Positions 53,854-64,000 of a stretch of 64,000 nucleotides of DNA are shown one piece after another. A program made the translations under genes and the position numbers. Position 1 is the stretch's first letter; the number at the start of each line of letters is the position of its first letter. The DNA lies in the NCBI RefSeq assembly GCF_009834535.1, contig NC_045707.1:47928001-47992000 (forward strand), read 5' to 3'. The notes under the pieces were generated by a model. It made no database searches and was not told where the DNA came from. It was given only the letters and a program-made list of their open reading frames with translations. This stretch comes from Camelus ferus (Eukaryota).

Positions 53854-54302
53854 CAGTGGTTTCAGTGTGTGCTTCCTGCCAGCAGTAGCTGCACTCAGAG
53901 TGACATCATGAGTTTCATGGGCTGGGGACTCCTTGGCCCATCCCTTAATTAATTAATTAATTAATTAGATTAGAATGAATATTTCTAGACTTGCATTGAT
54001 ATGAAGATGAATATAGTCTAGTTTGAATTCATTTATATATTCACTATCATTATTTTCTTCTGAATTTTAAGAGCGATTAAAACCAAACCATCTTCATGGG
54101 CCTTTCAAAAGTAAGGTGCACCATAGGCACTATGCTTACTGTACCTACTGAGTAAGTTGGTCCTGACACCACCTAGGAACTTGGAAATGCAAATTCCTTG
54201 GCCCTACTCTGGACTTAGTGAACCAGAACGTGGTTCTTTATGTGTTTGACAAGCAGTGTATGTTTAGACAAGATTTGCAGGTGATTCTGAACATTCAACT
54301 GC
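53854..54302. mobile_element. MER5A-like MITE interrupted by a MER96B-like hAT element (~53895-54165)
   Basis: MER5 gaaatgcaaattccttggccctac...caggtgattctga; inner end taggcactatgcttactgtacctactgagtaagttggtcctg. Confidence 0.65.
53945..53967. repeat. (TTAA)n microsatellite
   Basis: ttaattaattaattaattaatta. Confidence 0.9.
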
Positions 54303-54599
54303 TTTAGTCAGTTCAAAGCTGGAGAGCTTGAACCTTACTCTGTAGAAGCTAAAAGTTCCCCTTATCAACTCCAGATTTTACTGACAGTTTTGCCAAGTAA
54401 CCTCCACTGTCACAGGTTTCTTTAGAAGTCAGAATGGGCGGTCATCTTTTGACTATTTGTCAGATTTGGCTTTGTTACATAGAAGATATTTAAAGCCTTG
54501 AAAAGCAACATCTTACAAAGGACCCAACCACTCAGACTTTAAGTGGGTTTATACTTGTGAGTTTTATAGTGGGAGAGAAAAAGTCATATGCTTTCTAGT

Positions 54600-55180
54600 G
54601 ACGGTCTACGTATATCAACATAATGTGATACATGTGTTTTAAAAATCACTGCACTATGCCAAGTCATGCCATAAAAACAACAGGCAATATGAAGTTAGGC
54701 ACATTGTTGTCAATAACACACGCACAAAAGAGAAAGGAACCTAATAAAAAGCAGTAATACCATTTTTCCTATCCAAAATTATTAATAAATGCACACATAC
54801 TACAAAAATTATGGCATTGTATCTTGAAAGGGACTTGAAGTTTGCTTGCAGAAGTGAGCATCAGAAGTATTGTAGCTTGTGAGTTATTGTGAAATAGCAG
54901 AGAGTTATCTGAAATAGTAGAGAAGGTTGTAACACTAGGTGTTGAATGTAGCTCATGACGTGGTAAAATAACATAGCTCGTAGATGTTCGAAGTGTGTGT
55001 ACCTATGCATTTTATGTATTCATATGTAGCTTGGTTCATCTGGGTGAGGTTTTCTGCATTCACATAGTGTTTCTCTCATAAAATTGTGCATAAGCAAATG
55101 CAAACTTTGCAATATGCTAAATTGTTCCCTAATGGAACAAATTCATATTCTCAAACAAGCTTTATAGCAGAGCTGACTGT
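54600..55180. mobile_element. Tigger13a-like TcMar element
   Basis: End aaattgttccctaat...aaacaagctttatagcagagctgactgt. Confidence 0.7.
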
Positions 55181-55672
55181 GTGTATAATGTTATAGTTCC
55201 ACATATAAATTCTATATATGTGTTATTCCTCCGTCTGAAAGCTGATCTTTGTATATCCTGTGAGTTCAATGTCATTATTTTATATACAACATTAAACATG
55301 AATGGACGAGTAAGAGACAGTGTATCTGTATGTATGTCTATTTATGCTAATATATGATAAATCCTATTAGGAGTAATAGTGCGTTGCTCAAATATGATCT
55401 AGGAAAATTAATTTGTATTTCAATCCAAAATATTTCAATTGTGGGTTTGATCGATATCTATATTAATGTTAAGGAATCACTGACAGTTAGCTCTTTTCTT
55501 AGTCTTCTGCACTGGAAAAAAATGCGGGATGAAATCACATTTTTATTTATGATTTAAAATGGAGACATAAGCTTTGTTGATGCACAAAAATAAATGTTTC
55601 TGGGTTCTCATGTTGTGATACAGCCAGGGCAGTTTTAATCTTTGCTCCAACAATTGTTTTAAGGAATCAAAT

Positions 55673-56742
55673 ACAGCTAGTCTGTGCTTTTCATGGTTCT
55701 AATAGACACAATTTTCAGTTACCATGGTTTAGTTAAATAACACCAGTCCCCCAACACCATGGTTCAGATTTTAGTTACCATGGTGTTTTAGCTGTGAGTC
55801 ATTGCATAAAGTCCAGACTTCACCACTAGCTCTTCAGTCCACAAATCACTATGTAAAAATCAGTTCATAACATGATCAGTAATCATGTCATCTTTTTCCA
55901 AGTTTATCATTTTGTTGGTTATCACACATCTGTTATTCAGTTCTTGTCAAGACAGCAAAGCCTGTAGTTGTGTTGCCCCCTTGTCTCCCAGTGATAAACC
56001 CATGTAGGCACTTCACAAAAACAAATCATCAAAAGAGGGAGTTGGCTAACAAAGTGAAAAAGCAGTAAAGAAACAAAAAGTGTTCTGTTCTCTGGAAGTG
56101 AATTTTGACCTTAATGTAAATAGAGTTATAGGAGAAATTAGCTGATCCTGGGAAGGCTTACGCTGCTGGAGTTGGAGAGTCTCTAGATATCTAGGGAGAA
56201 GGACTCAGTGAAGCCAAATTATCAACATAAGTGGTGAAAGTGGTTGTAATGAGAAAGATGAAGATGTCCCAGAGGAAGAAACACCAGCAAAAATATTCAC
56301 ATTAAAGAAACTATCACAGGTATTTCATTATGAAAACATTGGAAGCTCATGGAAACTTAGAAAGGTGTGTGAAAATTAGCTGAGGCACAGAAACAGTGTG
56401 TAAGTTATATGACAAGAATGAGACAAGTACTATTCCAGCTACTCTTGATAAGTTGTTTTTACAAAGAAATAAAACACCTTACTTCTCAATGTTCCTAATG
56501 TTTTAGTGTCCTAAATAAATGTTAGTTTTACTGCTTTTTAAACTTCCTTATACATTTATAACCAACTGTAAGATTAATGTTATGTTAACAGTAACATTAA
56601 CAGTAATGTTAATGTTTCAACAAAAGATTTTAAAGGTCACAGTACAGTCATAACTTCTCAGTTGATTTTTAAGATAGCATTGCACATTTCAGCTTGCCTG
56701 GTTATTGTTACCATCCTGCACTATGGAGATGAGGATTGCCTA
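55673..56742. mobile_element. Tigger6-like TcMar element
   Basis: tttcagttaccatggtttagttaaataacaccagtcccccaaca; TA-flanked termini cag...gaggattgccta. Confidence 0.75.
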
Positions 56743-58629
56743 TATAACCTACGGAAAATGTGAGTTTACAGTTATCTCTGGACTATCAACAACAATAATA
56801 AATATGCTAAGAATATGTTAATTTTTTAGAAAACAAGGATGATTTTGTGTTATCTATTGCCAAAAATCTATCCAGAATCACTGGTCTCATTTACATATAA
56901 TTACTTGCTTAAACAATATCTGTGATACTCATTACATATGAATTCTGATCCCATTTGAAGTCCTCTAAGACAATCAGTTATTTTGGTGGGACAGAGCAGG
57001 AGAGAGCAAGTGAGTAGGGAAAGATGTCCAGTTATTAAATTCTGTCCCATCAGCTGTGTGAAGTCTTGGAGCCAAGCTAATGAATGTACACTGAATTTTA
57101 GGTTAAAAGGATTTAGTTCAAATAAATATTTTAGTAACATGTTCTACAATTTATAGATTATTCTTACCACTTATGAGGAATAATGTCTGATGTAAATAAG
57201 AGAGATGTTTCTAACATCTCCTTTCCAATAGAATGCTATATCATAATTACAAAAGAGAAAAAGAATTAAGGAAAGCTAATAGCTTTGGGATACTAATTCC
57301 TTATGGATGTTGTGTAAATAATTACTGATCTACCTTGGGCTGAACTTGTTTCAAGAAAAGTACTACCAATTGGTGCTTTAAGCATCATCTTTATAATAAT
57401 TACTTTCTTTGCCTATATGTATAATTTAGAGGTCTAGTGTTTCCCTTTAATCAGATGACCAGCCTCATCTTTAATCAGTTGCATAAGTAGGATTTACAGA
57501 TAGGTTATTAATTAGATTTACACATGACTGCCATCCTCTGTATTTCACATTGAAGGCTAGGCGCTGGCTTTTACTTGGAAGTCAAGTTCACTTAGGTAAT
57601 AATACCTTTGGAGTATAACTTCTATTCCTCCCACCAAAATTTACTGTTAGTATGTGATTCAACATCTTTTACTACATTTAGACTGTAAGAATTTCTTTTT
57701 AATGTTATTTACTGCAAGTAAATGTTTGTGTTCTCCACAGTTGTGCCCACATTTACACAACTAAGTAATCTGGAGAAACGAAAAATATTTCATTCATAAA
57801 TCAGTTGTTTAATGTGTACTAAACTCAAAAATCAGTTTGATTCCTGCTCCCCCATTTTTTCCTCTTACAAAATTACAGCAACTTTTACTGAAATGATTGG
57901 ATTACCACCTGTTTTAACATTGTGTAGACATTCCTTCAGCCAACATTAGGCCAAATGTTATTTAAAAAAAAAAAAAAGCCTTAAAACTCAGACAAATTAT
58001 TCAAAGATTTCTAAACTGACAGATTTTCATAGTGTGAATGATTGAAATTTGTTGGGATTCCAGAAAAACTAAAACCATCTCAATGAAAGCAATGCATGAT
58101 TTGAATAATTTATAAGGCAACTGGCAATTCTGCAACATGTTTGCTTTAGCAGAAGCAATTAAATGTAAAATAACAAAAATAGAGAATTGTATACAAGAGT
58201 ATGGAAAGAATAGATTGAAGAAAAATAGAAGCGGAGTATATTAAATTACGCTCCTGTTTGTTTATGTTTCTGTAATATCTTCATCAGAGGTGATTAACAC
58301 AGAATTTTTAGAGTGTTTCATGTATAACATGCACCTGTATATACTCTTTCATTTTCTGTGTTCAGAAATCTAACTCTGATGTTGAAGAACCAGAAGGAAA
58401 TGATGACATAACTATTTAAAGCAGCATGGTTAGGTCCTTTCAGAAAATATTCGATGCTAGTGCTTATAATCAGCCTGCCTGTCTTGTGTGGGGCCATTTT
58501 GATACCAGCAGAATGTTTAGTGCCAAACTGTAATGTGAGCCTGATAGTTGAACAAGCCAAGTGGCTGCTTCCTCTTAAGTTGTGAGATGTGAAACACTGC
58601 TCCACAAGGGACGGAAAGGAAATGGCATT

Positions 58630-59235
58630 CCCCCAAGTATCTCCAGTGTGCCAGATACTCTGCCACTCACAGCCTGTATGTTATTTAAGATCTCACCCCA
58701 ACCTTATGCAATATGTCTGCTGTACTCATTGCATAGATGACGAAACTAAGACTCAAACAGGCTACCTAATAAGTAAATCTTCCAGACGGAGAGGTAAATG
58801 AAAAAAGCAAGTTACAGAGGATATCCACAGGATATAATAATTTTTATGTACTTTTTTTAAAATATGCCAAACAATAACATATTGCCTAGATATAAATACA
58901 CACATAGTATACCTTTAAGGATACAGGCAGGAATGATAAAATAACAAATTTAAAATGGTTCTTTTCTGGTGAGGAAAATGGGGTCAGAGTACACAGATGG
59001 ACTTTCACTTCATTTCCATGTTTTATTTTTAAGTTGAGAATTGATCATACTGGTGATTGTTGTATCTTTCCTTACACACTTTTTTTTTGGCTAAAATACA
59101 GTATAAGGATTTTAAAAGTAAAAGAGAGTTTCAGTAATTTGTGGAAGGTCACACAGCTAATAAAAAAGAGGCAGAACTGGATTTGGCCCCAAGTCTAATG
59201 ACCCTAGAGACTGCACACTCTGCTCTACCATGTGC
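58630..59235. mobile_element. MIR (minus) split by an L1M 3' fragment (plus, ~58790-59115)
   Basis: MIR to catagatgacgaaactaagactca, resuming aaggtcacacagctaa...ggcagaactggattt; L1 piece aaaaaagcaagttacagag. Confidence 0.7.
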
Positions 59236-59954
59236 TTTGCACCACCTAAGCAATGCTGAAACCTTCATGGGGAAACACAGTTTGTCTTTGGAATGAGGAA
59301 AATGATGGGGAATCTTCGCATGACTATGTGCCATTGAATAATGGATTAGAGAGCAGGAAAACAAGTGGGCTTGTGTTTTATGGTGAAGAAACCCATGCCA
59401 CTTAGAAGGATAAAAGAAGCTCACTGGAGTCCCTCTCCTTGCTTCTGTTGCTGCTGCTGCTACATTCAGGTTCCCCTAGACAATGGAATAAAATTTTATT
59501 TAAAAAAAAAGAAGCTAGCTTATTAACCACTTCAATATAGTAATAAAGCTGAGCAAATAAGTTGTAAAATTCCATCACAGTTGTAATTCTTCTTAGGGAT
59601 AATTTCTAGCAATAACTGGATGCTAGCTGCAAAATTAATTTGTGATGCACTTTTAAAGTGCTGCTATATTAAAGTTCTTAAAATTGACTTCATAGAATGT
59701 TCCTCTTCTGCACATTCCTCCCTCCCAATCACTTGTATAGTTCATGGAGAACTAGGATTGGAATTGAACCTGGGAAGCATATATCTTTACATATTTTACT
59801 CTACACTATGGATTTATTATCTCTGTCTCAACTGATAAGTATATTCCTAGCACCTAGCATAGATCCTGGTACTTGGTGGGCAGTCAAAAAATATTTGTTG
59901 AATTGAATGTGAGAAATATTATCTGTCATTTGCATTATTTATTTTTATAAGGGA

Positions 59955-60238
59955 AGCAGTGGGATATAGTGATTAAGTCTTAGCAAGGAGTCAGCTGTTG
60001 GGCAGGAGGTCAGTGGAATCATTCTACCTCTCTGGAATCCTTGCTCCCTACTTATGGTGCTTTGGGCAAACTGCTTAACCCTTCTAAATCTCAGTTTCAG
60101 CTTCAGAAAAACTGGGATAATATTAGTGAGGAAAGTTTGTCGTGAGAATTAAATGAGATACTGCCTCTAACGTGTTAGAACAGTGCTAGGTTCAATAACT
60201 AGCACTATAGTAAGTGCTCATAAATGTTAGCTGTTATT
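59955..60238 (+). mobile_element. MIR SINE, near full length, preceded by an L2 tail (~59790-59910)
   Basis: tttgggcaaactgcttaaccc...tctcagtttc...gtgagaattaaatgagata...taaatgttagctgttatt. Confidence 0.88.
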
Positions 60239-60776
60239 GAGATCACTTTTGTTCCCCACTCTGTAACCTTTGTTTTTATGAGAGAGATAGACAGTGTTTC
60301 TATCTCTTAGCTCTCAAATAGGTTTTTTTTTTTTTTAAGATGCCTTATGGAGCTACCCATCTTTTTTTTTTCCCCTTATCAGAATTTTTATTTCTTAACA
60401 GCAAAGTCACCACTCAACTACTACTGCAGAAGGAAAATGACTTTAATCTCAAAGGCAACATTAAAAATAAAAAAAAGGAAAATAAATCAATAAAGGCAAA
60501 GGTCATAGAAACAGACAATTCAAACATACAACAATGTGCCTAAGCATTGGGGTTATATACACAGGTTTAAAAAAGAAATACGCAAATAAGCGGGATATCA
60601 GATATCTGGAAGAAAAATTACATGACTTGGATACCAATATCCAAACAATTTTACATGTCAAACTTTTTAAAGAAGACATGTAACTGAAAAGCCTTAAAAT
60701 GAAGGATTATGTCCAAAGATTTCATTTTCTAGCAACGTGTTTTCCTCTGCATAGGAGCCAGATTAAATACGCTCAT

Positions 60777-60830
60777 GCACAAACACACATACACACTCAC
60801 AGTCAAACACATGTGCACGCACACATACAC
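60777..60830. repeat. Imperfect (CA)n repeat
   Basis: Direct observation. Confidence 0.75.
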
Positions 60831-63389
60831 TGCCCTGAATCAGTTACATTCTCCACCATGGAGAAATGGAGAATGTAGAGGTTGCTTTAAGAAAAAATAA
60901 CAAGATAGCAAGGCTGAGGGTAGGGTAAGCTTGTTGTTTCTTACTGTTCCTGTTCATTATCAGATATGGCCAATGTCAAGTATTTGTTTTAATCATCTTT
61001 GAGATTTTTTAAATGACTGTTTTATATACAGGAAAGAGTTACAGAAATTTATTACTTAGGGCAGCAGCTTTGAAACGTTATTTTTAGCATGGTCCTCAAT
61101 AAGGAGTGTATTTCACTGCAACACAAGGATTTTATTTTATTTCATTTTTTAAGTGCTAGTTGTGACCCACTAAGTTTATTTTCACAATCCACTAGTGGGG
61201 TCACAATGCATTGTTTGGAAAACACTGTCTTCGGATGTTCTGTTCAGACTTTCTCACTGAAGTGCCTTCAGTATCAGGGGAAAGGGAAAGTTTTGGAGTG
61301 GGATTGGGAGAGAAGATTGAAAGAAGGAATATGAGGGTCTTGTCCAAGTACAAAATTTATTTGAAGTTTATTTCACCTTTAAGATGTATCCAACTTGGGC
61401 ATAGACACCAAACAAGACCATTAGTTTTCTCTGAAAGGTTTTAAATCTCCCAGTATAATAAGACAGATGCTCTGCGGACATGTGCTGTTACCCTGGAGCT
61501 GCTGCTCCTGCTAAGGTTATGCAAGTGTTGCAATCCGCCAAGCAGGCTGTCTTGGATGATAAATTTACCCCCAGATAGACAGTACGTGAATTTACCACAG
61601 GCTCAGGACCTTTTGACTGCCTGATAACCATTCAGCACAGGTCATGTGGATGATCTCACCGAGAAGATAAGGACAAGATGAGGACATCCGCCTTTAGTCA
61701 AGGGACACATGTCTAAGTAGGAGCCCTTTGCCTTTCTCTAGCACTTCTGGGCCCGATGGCTGGGAAGGTGAGAGCCTAACTGGGTGACTCAGTCACTCAT
61801 TAGCCCACAGCACGCATGGAGAGCCTCCACGCAGCCTCCAGGGCAGGAAGGGCACAGGCAGTGCTACCAAGGTCACCCTGCGGTGGGCTGAGAAGAGCTG
61901 GTCATGATGAGCCAGATGATGGATGTGGAGCCATGGAATCAATCATTCTGAAGGGAGAACATGCTAATTCTTCTTTGTCTATGCAATTGGTTTGACAGCA
62001 GCTTGACATCATCCTTGTCCTGAATCAGCCATCGCCAAGATCACAGTGGGCCAGAAGGAAAATGAAGAAAAAAAGTAAATAAACCATGGGAGAGCCTTGG
62101 GCATTTTTTAAGCATTTCCTTTTCTTAGTTGACATCAAAGGATCGCAGGGGCTGTGAAGGATCCAATGATGAGGTGAAATGATGTGGGTACCGTGTTTTC
62201 TCAAAGAGAAACTTTCTGAGCTCGAACTTTTCCTTTGTGAAATGATACTCAGAAATTCGGTTTTAGGTATATACATAAATTGAAAACAAACAAACAAACC
62301 TCAGTAAAAACCCAAAAAAGATCTCTTTGACTAAACTATAGCTATAGATGGTTAGATACAGATATAGATTGATATTAGCCATGGGGCTTATGCAAAACCT
62401 TGTTTCTTAAACCCAAATTGGAAGATTGCTGAAATAAACCATTTAAGTGTGAGAATAAATTTTGTCTTTTTTTCTTCTACTATGCTGGCTATTATTTCCA
62501 ACCATAAACCAGGTCCTATAACTAAGGTAGATTTCAGCAGAATGCCTTAATGTAGTAATAAAAAGGGCCCTGCAATTTAAAAAGCCAAGCCTCTTCTATT
62601 TAAAAGTACAAAAGGTTTTATTTCTTTCATCATTAAAAGAATAAAGTACACATGTGGAAATCTGGACTTTCGGGAACTTGAACACTCTGTTTCTCTAGCT
62701 GAAGACATAGTAATGAATTCCAAGTTGAAGGAATTATTTTAAGCAGAAGTAGCCACTGTAATAATATTTAATTACTTTCCAGAAAAAAAATGGTTCAGTT
62801 GGCTGCAGAATTTGGACAAGAAGTTATAAAATATAGGACTTGAATCTTGTTGCCTTCTGGGACATTTCTGACTGCCGGACATGTTAAAATCTTGGATTCA
62901 AAATATATAATTGAAAATGTTTCATCAGAGGATTTCTTCTAATATATAAAATTAAGAAGCCAAATCGATAGCAAAACTATCTGGTTAAAGGATTTAAAAG
63001 ATTATTAGATGACATGTAAGTATGCTGTTGGATGACCTTTGAAATATAGTTAGATGACATGAAAATACTGAAGCCTATAAAATGTAAGGTTTTTTTTTCA
63101 GGCAACATGCATACAAGTATGGAAAGGAAAGGACATCATGTTTGCCTTTTTATCCCAACTCCCTTCCTATACAGACGCTCCCCTCTGACCAGAAAGCCTG
63201 ACAGCTATTACCAGCCACCTACTAACATTTTTAATATCTAGAAAGTAACTGAAACCTGTACAGATTGCTGGTGTGTGGTAAAGTCAGATTTGAAACAGAT
63301 AATCAGGGACGTTAGCATGCCCTAGATATCACAATGCTAATTAAAAAAAAAAGTATGTGCTTTTTACTTTTATATCTCATTTTTTGATA

Positions 63390-63780
63390 TATTCACTCAT
63401 TTTATCCCCACAATTATGTGAAGCAAGAAATATCATTCCCATATTTTAAGTGAAGAAATTGAGACACAGAGTCATGCTATTCTCCAGGCTGGATGATATC
63501 CCCTTTTATAAATTTTCATATCACCTGAATATCTTCTTTACAGCACTTAAAAGAGTCATAATTAAGTAATAATGTTTGTCTCACTGCCTGGACCGTGAAT
63601 TTCCTGAGAGCAGGGAGCTGTCCTCCTTGTTTTATCACTAAACTTCAAGTACCTAACTAAATTCCTGGCACAGAAGGATACTCAAAAAAGATGTGACCAT
63701 TGAATGAATATATGAGTAACATTTCCCCAAGTCCCACAGGAAATAAAGGGCAGAACCAACATTTGAACCTCTGTCTCCTA
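63390..63780. mobile_element. MIR (minus) flanking an L2 3' tail (plus, ~63530-63712)
   Basis: MIR gaagaaattgagacacagag...cccaagtcccacag...atttgaacc; L2 ttcctgagagcaggga...cctggcacagaagg...tgaatgaat. Confidence 0.7.
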
Positions 63781-64000
63781 CCTGGAATCCCTTGTTCCTT
63801 TCATTCTATCAGTACAAGGGCAAGAATGTTGTGTCTTCATAACAGCCTTTCAAGCCTCAGAAGCTAGAGCTCTGGATAACTAAATAAAAACCAGACTGCT
63901 GGGGAAGATACAGTTAAACAGAATAATCTTATGCGAAGTAATTGGAGATCTCAAACCATCCTTCCAGAGTTTTTGGCCCCTGGGTTTGGGGCTCGCCATC

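Overview
AT-rich placental-mammal DNA with no supportable intact protein-coding gene. Much of it is old pan-eutherian transposon debris: MIR, L2, L1MB/MC/ME, MLT1/MLT2, LTR16/33, hAT MERs and Tigger, often nested. I saw no Alu, B1/B2, Bov-tA, Can-SINE or other lineage-specific SINE. Non-repeat landmarks are (1) a small CpG island at ~19.8-20.3 kb with a perfect NRF1 site and splice signals on both sides, suggesting a possibly bidirectional lncRNA or 5'UTR promoter; (2) a RAB2A processed-pseudogene fragment truncated at both ends (33888-34157, minus strand); (3) a 106-bp ungapped, 85%-identical duplicated element at 4079 and 5575; (4) several repeat-poor, enhancer-like blocks. Repeat names and boundaries come from recalled consensus features by eye, so they are approximate.
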